This document shows positions 38,463-55,494 of a stretch of DNA of 64,000 bases, piece by piece. The translations under genes and the position numbers were made by a program. The notes below the pieces were generated by a model. It saw only the letters and a program-made list of their open reading frames with translations. It was not told the DNA's origin and did no database searches. The stretch is from Eledone cirrhosa (lineage: Eukaryota): positions 154,566,001 through 154,630,000 of the forward strand of contig OZ024741.1 in the NCBI GenBank assembly GCA_964016885.1, read 5' to 3'. Every line of letters begins with the position of its first letter. The first letter of the stretch is position 1.

Positions 38463-41400
38463 TGTTATACTTTGGGAGGGTCTTGTTGCCAATAAGAAAC
38501 ACACGCACCAATTGCTTTCACTTCAATTTATTATATATTTATAAATTTATTAATTTACAAATCTACAAACTTATAAATTTCTGGTTGGTTGGTTTGTTCC
38601 ACAACCAGATAGTTGTTTATATATATAGTCATAGTCCTTTCGTCACACACTCTGTGACCTCTTCAGTGACTGGGGATTCCTTTCTTTGTTTCTGTGCCTT
38701 TCCTTTCTTCTGTCCTACGCCATTTTGTTTCTGTGTGTGTGTTGTGTGCTCAGTTTGCGCATGCGCCACATCCGGGTGTCTGTGTGTGTTTGTGTTCATT
38801 TATCTATTTGTTTATTTATTTATTTATTTATTGTTGGTTGGTTGTTTGTTCTATGTGTGTGTGTGTTTTCATTTTGTCCTTAATTGTAAGTTGTGATGTT
38901 GCTGTTCCACTCATATTTTCTATTTAATTTTGGTTGTAATTCTTTTATGCTTACTGCCTCTGTAATTTGCCTAAACATTGCATCTTTTCTGTGTGTGGAT
39001 TCTATTTTTATTTCTATGTTCTCTAATTTACCCCTGTGTTCTATCTTAGCATGTTGGTAGAGCACAGATGATTCTTTATTATCTTGAAGGTCTCGCCAGT
39101 GTTCATTTATTCGTTCCCCTATGCTACGAGCTGTCTCACCTATGTTTTTGTTTCTACATTGTCCTTCAGTACATCTTATGCTATACACTACATTTCTAGT
39201 TTTACAGTTAATATGGGGGCTTATTTTACAGGTTATACATTTCTTATCTATACATGAGGGTCTTTGGAACGGGTATGTCTTGCTAATAAGTGTTTTTACG
39301 GAGGTACCTGGTCTTTCTACTATCTTAATATTGAGTTTATGTTTATTTAGGGCCCTTCTAAATTTGTAGGCTAGTTCGCCTCTAGGGGTTGTATTGATGA
39401 ACATTACACTCTGGTATTTATTGCTATCATACCATGAGTTTATTCTATTGGCCTTGTTCCTAGTTCTTTCTATTCTATTCCAAAATTTGCTCCTATACAA
39501 GGGGCAGGTCCCATTTATGTCATTATTTACCATTTTTTCCATTTGGTTCTGGCTCCTCTATACACTCTGATTCTATCTCTCTGATTGTAGCCAGAGAACT
39601 GCATACGGTGGATGAAGTGTTGTATGTGTCTCTCTAGTTCTTCGGGGTTGCACATGCGGGACACATTTCTCATCACCCATACCAAATCCGCAATCAGTAT
39701 GTTGATTTTGGTATGGTCCGAAATGGCCGAGTTTCGGTGGATCAGATGTTTGGAAGTCATGGGTTTGGCATAATGGGAATGGAGGATTTGTTTTTGGTTG
39801 TTAATGGTATCTAACCAGAGCTCTGTGTCTAGTACATGTAATCGATGGTTGGGGTGTCTACTTGGGTAGTCTATAGTAACTCTAATGCTCTGGTGGATGG
39901 AGTTTGCTATTTGCTGGATGCTTTCCATTGTGTTTTTCTCTAGTTCCTGACTGTTCTTTAGTGGGGGTGTCTTAACTACGATGTTTATATCATCTACGTA
40001 GCGGGAGTACATTATCAGGGTTAAGCTGTCTTCTAATTGTTCTTTAAGTTTTTGTTTAAGTCTACTGTCCCACCATACCATGAATAAGTTAGCTATGTCG
40101 CCTGCAATGCTAACACCAATGGCTGCTCCTTCCTCTTGGGCATATGTTTTACCATTAAATTTGAACATATGTTCCTTAAGGGTTAATTTTATGCTGGCCC
40201 CTACCGCATGTGCAATCATTTTCTTCAGTTCATCGTGGTTTTCGGGTGTCCGTATGGCTCTGGTCCACCCGTTCCATCTATCTGTGTGGGTTTTCTTGGC
40301 CATTGAGGTAATGGTAGGTGGTCTGCCTCTTGCTGGTCTTGTAGGGCACAGGTTGCTAAGGTCATAAGTGTCTAGGTAACTATTACTATGGGTAAGCTTA
40401 AGTAGAAGTCCCAGCTCACTGGTATCAATCCCACGGAACTCAACCTTGCTCTCGCTGATCATTTCTACGCATTTCTCCACAGCAAAATCCACGTCAATAG
40501 ATGGATACAGGGACACAACATCCATACTGCCTATTATGCAGTTTGTTAGGTCCCCAGATCGGTTACTCGCGCCGATTCTGCTGAGGAGGTCCTCCGTGCT
40601 GTCACATACATCTGGGGACATCTCAATGATGGGGCGTATGATCAGGGAGAGGAAGTAGGACAGTCTGTAGTTACTAGCAATGTTAGCTCCACAGACTGGC
40701 CGTGTTGGTGGTCCCGCGACAGGGCCACAGCCTGTTTTATGGTCTTTTCGAAGCCCATACAACGCCGGCACGTCATTGTTCCAGGCCTGGAAGTTGTTGG
40801 CAGTCCTTTTGTTGGTCTGCATTATATTCGTCCACATCACCATATGGGCATTGAGGGCTTTTTCTCTATCCTCATGCTCCTGTGGTGTTACCTCTCTTGT
40901 GTTAGTGATGTGGGGTTGCATTGCCTGGATGTAGTTTGGCAGGCTGTCAACCGACATTCTGCCAGACTTGTCTGTTGGAAAGCATGCTATCTCTCCATTA
41001 CGCGAGCGCTGCATGAGCTTACGCAAGCCATTTGCAGATTTTTCTCCCAGTTGCTGGGCCTCTATTCTATTATGCTTCTTGCTATACTGTTCTATAATAT
41101 TTCTAAGTTCGGATTTAGCTATACTAAATTGTGCTTCTGTTTGTTCATCGACCTGCGACGGCAACTGCGTGCGTTTGTTAAATGGTAAAGTCGTGGCGTG
41201 GACTCGTCGCAGGTCGAATGATTTATCGGAGGGATTATAAAACGGAGAGTTCCAGGCTGCTGCTTTATGTGTACTAGTGCTATTGTTATTGTTAGTTGTG
41301 TTGTTTCTATTTCTATTTCCACCAACAGCCTCATGGTTGTTTCTATGTCTCTCATAATTACTCCTGTCTCTTTCCACTGGCTCAATGTTGTTATCTACCC

Positions 41401-43365
41401 TATTTTGTGTGTCTGTGTGTTCGTCTTGGTTATTCTCTTTGTCCTTAGTCTCCCATCTCCTTTTCCTTTTAATCTTATTACTTTCCCTTATTTCTCTGAT
41501 TTCTGTGCTACTGTCATTACTTGTTTTCTGTGTCTGTGTGTTTGTTAAGATTGTGGTGGTGGTGAGAGGCATTGAATGCGTGTGTGTTGTTGTTGTTGAT
41601 GTGTGCTGTTGTTGACGTGTGTTGTTGTTGTCTCCGTGTGTGTTGTCGTTGTTGTGTGTGTTGTTATTGTTGTTTGTGTCTGCGTGTCTGTTGTTGTTGT
41701 TTCTGGGTATGTTGCTATTGTTGTTGTTGTTGATGTGTGTGTTGTTGTTATTGTTGTTTGTGTCTGTGTGTCTGTTGTTGTTGGGATGTGTGTTGTATAT
41801 GTGTGTGCGTATATTGTTGCTTTTGTTTTTGATGCTACAGCGTAGTTTTGTAAATGATTTTTCTATTTCTGACAGACAACTAATCATATTTACCTTCTTG
41901 AATGTCGCAAATTTGGGCGGCAGACATAACACAGACATTTCATCATTATCTATTTTAGCCAGGCTAACAAGATACTGAAAACCACCATGTTCTGTTGTCT
42001 ATGAAAAACCATAACATCTCGACAACTATCCTTCATAAAGCTGTGCGCCACTTCCAGAATCTACACCAACACCATCAATACCGACGTTAGAAGATTACAA
42101 CTCACCAAAAAACAAGCAGATAGGCTAAAACGAACTTTAATTCTAAACATAAAAAAGAAGATCTATAGAGAATTAAGTCATCAAGAAAAACAAAAGCGTA
42201 ACCTAATACAAGAATTAGCTAGAATCACCACACCAACAGAGAAACTAATATTTATAAGCCTTATACGCCCCGAAGAACAGTACATTACTCAAGAATGTGA
42301 TAAGCACTTTAACAGGTAACTAAAGTGGCTTAAACAGACAAAGCTAAATCAGGATACTATAGAGTATACCAATAGATATCCCGACAAAATTGACGGTATC
42401 AACATGGCCGACACCTCATTATCAGAAGAGTTCAACAACAAAAACATCAACATTTATGGGAACGCAAAAATAGATAATGATGAAATGTCTGTGTTATGTC
42501 TGCCGCCCAAATTTGCGACATTCAAGAAGGTAAATATGATTAGTTGTCTGTCAGAAATAGAAAAAAAACTGTAAAACTAGAAATGTAGTGTATAGCATAA
42601 GATGTACTGAAGGACAATGTAGAAACAAAAACATAGGTGAGACAGCTCGTAGCATAGGGGAACGAATAAATGAACACTGGCGAGACCTTCAAGATAATAA
42701 AGAATCATCTGTGCTCTACCAACATGCTAAGATAGAACACAGGGGTAAATTAGAGAACATAGAAATAAAAATAGAATCCACACACAGAAAAGATGCAATG
42801 TTTAGGCAAATTACAGAGGCAGTAAGCATAAAAGAATTACAACCAAAATTAAATAGAAAATATGAGTGGAACAGCAACATCACAACTTACAATTAAGGAC
42901 AAAATGAAAACACACACACACATAGAACAAACAACCAACCAACAATAAATAAATAAATAAATAAACAAATAGATAAATGAACACAAACACACACAGACAC
43001 CCGGATGTGGCGCATGCGCAAACTGAGCACACAACACACACACAGAAACAAAATGGCGTAGGATAGAAGAAAGGAAAGGCACAGAAACAAAGAAAGGAAT
43101 CCCCAGTCACTGAAGAGGTCACAGAGTGTGTGACGAAAGGACTATGACTGTATATATAAACAACTATCTGGTTGTGGAACCAACCAACCAACCAGAAATT
43201 TATAAGTTTGTAGATTTATAAATTTATAAATATATAATAAATTGAAGTGAAAGCAACTGGTGCGTGTGTTTCTTATTGGCAACATGACCCTCCCAAAGTA
43301 TAACAATATCGGTTTCAACACACGATTTCAGATAAAGAATCTTGCTAAACAAATTCAGAAACGAA

Positions 43366-43366
<1 letters not shown>
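38460..43366 (-). mobile_element. Near-complete PLE (RT, Cys linker, GIY-YIG; Neptune/Nematis-like) with inverted pLTRs and an internal inversion
   Basis: 38460-39207 is inverted relative to 42566-43306; HHRs at 38626-38672 (-) and 43104-43150 (+): CAGTCA-CTGAAGA-GGTCACA/TGTGAC-GAAA-GGAC-TA-TGACTG. Confidence 0.92.
38880..41956 (-). pseudogene. PLE RT-GIY-YIG ORF broken by a 1-nt deletion near 39540
   Basis: PTDKSGR, LYGLRKDHK, SMDVVSLYPSI, GAAIG, YSRYVDD, VLDT; C..C..C..C-NVVYSIRC; IGETARSIGERINEH. Confidence 0.9.
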
Positions 43367-45482
<2,116 letters not shown>

Positions 45483-45780
45483 GCAAAGTTTTATTTAAAT
45501 TGTTGGGTTACAACGAGTAAATATTTATAACTGATATAAAAGCACTCAACAAGTATTTGGAGTATATTTACGATATTAAATAAATGGAAACTACATTTAC
45601 AAAACCATATTTATTTCATTATATATATTTCAGGGATATCATATTAATAAATATGCTATGCCTTCTTCAGACAAAATACAATATAAACAGTCTTATAAAC
45701 AGATAGATTTGACATACCTTTCAACTTCAACTTCCATTTAAAAAGTTGATTTGGTAGTGAAAAATGTTAGGGACAGTTAT
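45483..45780 (-). mobile_element. PLE-end module family A with HHR (about 45611-45679) and tail hairpin 45544-45563
   Basis: TATTTTGT-CTGAAGA-..-GAAA-TATATA-TA-ATGAAATA; similar to 52290-52553. Confidence 0.8.
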
Positions 45781-45783
45781 AAA

Positions 45784-45831
<48 letters not shown>

Positions 45832-45922
45832 AAATATATATATATATATAAATATGTATATATATATTTATAAATATATAAATATATATATATATATATA
45901 AATATGTATATATATATATAAT

Positions 45923-45968
<46 letters not shown>

Positions 45969-45970
45969 AT

Positions 45971-46020
<50 letters not shown>

Positions 46021-46036
46021 TATAAATATATATATA

Positions 46037-46069
<33 letters not shown>

Positions 46070-46102
46070 CTGTATATATATATATATATATGTGTGTATA
46101 TA

Positions 46103-46199
<97 letters not shown>

Positions 46200-46231
46200 A
46201 TATATATATGTGTGTATATATATATATATAT

Positions 46232-46877
46232 ATCACGATAAATTCACGGAACCATAGACCCTCGCCATTCCCTGTAAATAATGTGCTCAAAGGAGAAGAA
46301 ATCCTGAGCTCTTTAAAATACAATAATTTGAAAAGGTAACACACCAGAGAGAGATATACAGTGCGCTATCAATAAAACAGGGAAAAAACCACCAGTGTAT
46401 GGAATCTATTACCTATGAAAGGCAGACTATAGACACGATAATCAAAAATATAAATTAAAGCGTAAATAAATACCTCTATAACTATATAACACACGTACAA
46501 ATCCAAAGAGATTTGTTTCGCCAGTAAGTTGTTGACAGAAATGAAATAACCCCGGTTCCTCAGCGTGTGTAAGGCTATACATTTCATACAACACTAAGAG
46601 AATTTTAAAAGTGACTGTCCAGCTACACGTGGGAGAGAGAAGTCACAGCGTGTTTAAGGGCAGTGAACCAGTGGCCTCTGATGGACGAGCTGCTAGAAAG
46701 GGCAGCCCCAAACCACTCAGAGAAGTGTGTTCAATCAAACAGAGAGATAGGAAAGACTGTTATAAGGAGCGAAATATCACGATAAATTAACGGAGCCATA
46801 GACCCTCGCCATTCCCTGTTTTATTGATAGCGCACTGTATATCTTTCTCTGGTGTGTTACCTTTTCAACATATTGTA
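46232..46877 (-). mobile_element. ORF-less HHR module with direct and inverted terminal duplications
   Basis: HHR 46490-46569: CACACG-CTGAGGA-..-GAAA-CAAATC tctttg GATTTG-TA-CGTGTG; tail hairpin 46285-46309; 46232-46275 directly repeats 46776-46818; 46320-46383 is inverted relative to 46815-46877. Confidence 0.8.
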
Positions 46878-46894
46878 TATATATATATATATAG

Positions 46895-47454
46895 GAAACT
46901 TTATATATTTTTTTAGGGAAACTTTATATTTTTATTTTTTATTTTATTAACCTCTTAGTTTCTTCTAGTTTAGTAGGTTTATTGGAGCCTGTAAGCTTTA
47001 TGCACTTATTGAGGGATTTTTTAAGGTGCTTCTAAGGGACCCCAAGTCTTTTAGTTTACTGTTAATGCGTAAATTATATATTATCTAATTTTTAACCTTC
47101 AATCCCTGACCCCGACAACTAATATAAAAGAGCCCCCTTAGAATATAGACCCGAACTATACAAGCCGAGCTGCTGATGTGTACCACAATTTCAAACTGCT
47201 AGCCTTGAGCGATACGTTGATGTAGATAATGATCTTACAGTCACATGTTGTATGCCTTGAAAAGTCCCACCATGTGGTCGGACGAAACGGCTGTCGGCAA
47301 TAAACTTGTTATAATGTCATAATTGTTCCTTTGTTCTTTTTCACAAATATTTCTGCTCTGCCTATACGCATTGAGCTTAACTAGCTACCGTCACATATTT
47401 GGTAGGTCAGACGTGATCATCGCGATTCACATACGACCTACCATACATCTTACT

Positions 47455-47455
<1 letters not shown>
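46895..47455 (+). mobile_element. PLE-end module with a variant HHR (47253-47299) and tail hairpin 47355-47376
   Basis: TGCC-TTGAAAA-GTCC..GGAC-GAAA-CGGCTG-TC-GGCA, then AATAAA. Confidence 0.65.
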
Positions 47456-47553
<98 letters not shown>

Positions 47554-47643
47554 GTATATGTATATATTTCGTTTCTGAATTTGTTTAGCAAGATTCTTTA
47601 TCTGAAATCGTGTGTTGAAACCGATATTGTTATACTTTGGGAG

Positions 47644-48850
47644 TGATTCCACGCTCGATACAATGGGCCTGATCTTCAGGTCGGGTCCCTGTTTGTATGT
47701 TTTCACGAGGTGGTAGAAGGTGGGTAGTCTGCTGTTCCTCGTGAGGAGGTTGTATCTCAGCTTCTTCGGGAGCTTCCGCCGGTCGCAGATGTTGGTCCAG
47801 GCGGCGTTGATGTGCGCTTCTATCTGCGCGGGAGTGATTCCCGTGACCTTGGAGTAGAGGTTGTCGGGGTTGTAAGTGGGGAACTTGGGGTGGGTTGCGT
47901 GGGCGCTGTTATTTTCTATGGCGCTGTTGATGGCGGTCACCCATTTAAGTTGGTAAGCGGCTCGGCAAAAGTTGGTCTCGATGTTGAGTTTGAGTCTGTC
48001 GTCGAGTCATTGTGAGACGATGAACTTGGGTCCGAGGTGTAGGAGTTTCAGCTCGTCGCTCGTGAGAGTGCCGGTTAGGTCGGTGATCAGGTGCGTTGCA
48101 TCGTTGAGGTGTGGCTCGGTGTTGGTGGATGCGGCGGTGGCGGTTGTTAAATTGTTGTTTTCCATGTGGTTCTGGTCCGTCTGTTCGTTAGTGTCGATGT
48201 TCTCGTTGTGGAGTTTAGACAAGATCCACTCATATTTTCGCTTGAGCCGTTTTTTATCGTATTGGATTCTGGAGTGGTAGCACTGGTCGATTGCTTTAGT
48301 GATTTTCAGGAGCAAGTACCCGGGTGCTATTGGCAGTCGATGTGTCCGCTCTGAGAGTGTCCGCTTATGGACGTGTAATTGGCGGTTGAGATGTCTCAGG
48401 ATCTGTTTAATACACGTGCGATGTATGCGGTTAGTGGTGTTTTGGAAAGCTGGTGTACGTAGGCTTACTGGTAAGCGGATTTTGCGGATGGTGTTGGGGA
48501 TGACATCGTTTTTTAGGCAGCGTTTCAGGAAAATAATTTGACAGCCAGCATTGGCTCATTTCTCCGACAGTCTAAACAGTTCCCTTACGGATGCAAACAA
48601 TTCCTGGCTCAGATGTAAGGATAAGAGAGTATTGAAGTTTGCTTGAAGCATTGTGGAATAATAAGGTAAATTTCTTTAAGTCGTTTGGAAGCCTCGACAA
48701 TGCATATGGGTAAATCTCCGTGTAACAAGATCCGGTGGTGGAGCGAAAGATGTAAGTGGGTGTATGTTGAGATGCGTGGAGTGTATAAGACTGTAACGTG
48801 GAGAGGAATGAAGGAATGAGCATAAAGGATAAAAATAAAAATAACAACAT
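47644..48850 (-). pseudogene. 5' portion of a different PLE ORF (N-terminus to start of RT)
   Basis: [24 protein letters not shown]; LTSDELKLLHLGPKF; [19 protein letters not shown]; stops and frameshifts. Confidence 0.8.
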
Positions 48851-48883
48851 ATATACATATATATATATACACATATATATATG

Positions 48884-48920
<37 letters not shown>

Positions 48921-48922
48921 GT

Positions 48923-49064
<142 letters not shown>

Positions 49065-49164
49065 GTCATACTTTGGGAGGGTCATGTTGCCAATAAGATT
49101 GCCAATATCGGTTTCAACACACGATTTCAGATAAAGAATCTTGCTAAACAAATTCAGAAACGAA

Positions 49165-50040
<876 letters not shown>

Positions 50041-50069
50041 ATACATATTTCTATACATATATCGTATAC

Positions 50070-50100
<31 letters not shown>

Positions 50101-50104
50101 TGTA

Positions 50105-52553
<2,449 letters not shown>

Positions 52554-52588
52554 TATATATATGTATATATATTTATATATAAATATAT

Positions 52589-52688
<100 letters not shown>

Positions 52689-52689
52689 G

Positions 52690-52720
<31 letters not shown>

Positions 52721-52813
52721 GTATATATGTATATATGTATATATATGTATATATATGTATATATATATATGTATGTATATATATGTATATATATGTATAT
52801 ATATATATGGATG

Positions 52814-52860
<47 letters not shown>

Positions 52861-52917
52861 GTATATATATGTATATATATATATGTATATATATATATGT
52901 ATATATATGTATATATT

Positions 52918-54277
52918 TGTAAGCTAATTCACATCTAGAGGTTGTATCGATGAACATTACACTCTGGTATTTATTGCTATCATACCATGAGTTTATTCTA
53001 TTAGCCTTGTTCCTAGTTCTTTCTATTCTATTCCAAAATTTGCTCCTATACAAGGGGCAGGTCCCATTTGTGTCATTATTTACCATTTTTTCCCATTGGG
53101 TTCTGGCTCCTCTATACACTCTGATTTTATCTCTCTGATTGTAGCCAGAGAACTGCATACGGTGGATGAAGTGTTGTATGTGTCTCTCTAGTTCTTGTAT
53201 AGGAGCAAATTTTGGAATAGAATAGAAAGAACTAGGAATAAGTCTAATAGAATAAACTTATGGTATGATAGCAATAAATACCAGAGTGTAATGTTCATCG
53301 ATACAACCCCTAGAGGTGAATTAGCTTACAAATTTAGAAGGGCCCTAGATAAACATAAACTCAATATTAAGATAGTAGAAAGACCAGGTACCTCCATAAA
53401 AATACTTATTAGCAAGACATACCCTTTTCAAAGACCTCCCTGTATAGATAAGAAATGTATAATCTGTAAATTAAGCCCCCATATTAACTGTAAAACTAGA
53501 AATGTAGTATATAGCATAAGATGTACTGAAGGACAATGTAGAGATAAAAATATAGTGTACATAGGTGAGATAGCTCGTAGTATAGGGGAACGGATAAATG
53601 AAAACTGGCGAGACCTTCAAGATAGTAAAGAATCATCTGTACTCTACCAACATGCTATAATAGAACATAAGGGTAAATTAGAGAACATAGAAATAAAAAT
53701 AGAATCTACACACAGAAAAGACGCAATGTTTAGACAAATCACAGAGGCAATAAACATAAAAGAATTACAACCAAAATTAAATAGAAAACATGAGTGGAAC
53801 AGCAACATCACAACTTACAATTAAGGACAAAATGAAAACACACACGCACATAGAACAAACAACCAACCGGTAACATGTAAATAAACAAATAAATAAAAGA
53901 ATATAAACACACACAGACACCGGATGTAACACATGCGCAAACTAAGCACACAACACACACACAAAAACAAGATGGCGTAGGACAGAACAAAGGAGAAGCA
54001 CAAAAAACAAAGAAAAGAATCCCCAGTCACTGAAGAGGTCACAGGATGTGTGACGAAAGAACTTTGACAATATATAAACAACCATCTGGTTGTGGAACCA
54101 ACCAACCAACCGGAAATTTATAAATTCCTAAATTTATAAATTTATTATAATAAATTGAAGTGAAAGCAAATGGTGCGTGTGTTTCTTATTGGCAACATGA
54201 CCCTCCCAAAGTATAACTATCGGTTTCAACACACGTTTTCAGATAAAGAATCTTGCTAAACAAATTCAGAAACGAAA
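52918..54277 (+). mobile_element. Second, 5'-inverted and truncated copy of the 38460 PLE family; GIY-YIG ORF 53195-53824; HHR 54024-54069
   Basis: NVVYSIRC..IVYIGE; 52918-53194 lies on the minus strand and overlaps in sequence with 53195-53330. Confidence 0.9.
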
Positions 54278-54335
54278 TATATAAATATATATATAAATAT
54301 AAATATAAATATATATAAATATAAATATATATATA

Positions 54336-55382
54336 TGGTTTTACAGTTTCTAGCCAACCTCATACTCGTACTGCTAGAAATAACAGCCGTATATATGGGG
54401 CTACTATCAGCTCAACGTAAGGAGCAATTATATTAAGTGTATTGAGTTCAAAACTCAGGGTGTTTACTGATGTGAGCTGGACAGGATATCCTTACACTTA
54501 TAATCTCGAAACATATTTGGATTTTAAAGTTTAAACTTATCTACGGAACAGGTTTGATTTTGAAATTTAAATTTGTCTAAACACCATGGCCATTTGCCAA
54601 TACTGTTTGTTTTTATTGATTTATTATTTTAAATCGATATAGGCAAACTGTAATATTATAATTAGTATATTTCATTCTAGCTAACTTAATTTCTTTTACA
54701 ATATAAACACAGATTTGTTGGTATTTGTGTTTCATCATATATATTAATTTATATTTACTTGTATTACACAGCTCAGAAATATTTTTTTCTTTGAGCTATT
54801 TCATTGTAAAGGAATGCTTGAGTTTTGAACTCAATACACTTAATATAATTGCTCCTTACGCTGAGCTGATAGTAGCCCCATATATACGGCTGTTATTTCT
54901 AACAGTACGAGTATGAAGCTGGCTAGAAACTGTAAAACCATGTGCGTTAAACAGTCTTTTAAAATATTTAGAAGTGAAGCATATCAATTTGTTCAGGGTG
55001 TTTACTGATGTGAGCTGGACAGGATATCCTTACACTTATAATCTCGAAACATATTTGGATTTTAAAGTTTAAACATATCTACGGAACAGGTTTGATTTTG
55101 AAATTTAAATTTGTCTAAACACCATGGCCATTTGCCAATACTGTTTGTTTTTATTGATTTATTATTTTAAATCGATATAGGCAAACTGTAATATTATAAT
55201 TAGTATATTTCATTCTAGCTAACTTAATCTCTTTTACAATATAAACACAGATATGTTGGTATTTGTGTTTCATCATATATATTAATTTATATTTACTTGT
55301 ATTACACGGCTCAGAAATATTTTTTTCTTTGAGCTATTTCATTGTAAAGGAATGCTTGTGTTTTGAACTCAATACACTTAAT
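54336..55382 (+). mobile_element. 538-bp tandem HHR repeat (1.7 units) with an inverted tail copy; retrozyme-like or tandem pLTR
   Basis: Units start at about 54455 and 54993; HHRs 54459-54585 and 54997-55123; 54336-54455 is inverted relative to about 54822-54942. Confidence 0.8.
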
Positions 55383-55410
55383 ATATATAAATATATATAT
55401 ATATATATAA

Positions 55411-55443
<33 letters not shown>

Positions 55444-55457
55444 AATATATATATATA

Positions 55458-55493
<36 letters not shown>

Positions 55494-55494
55494 A

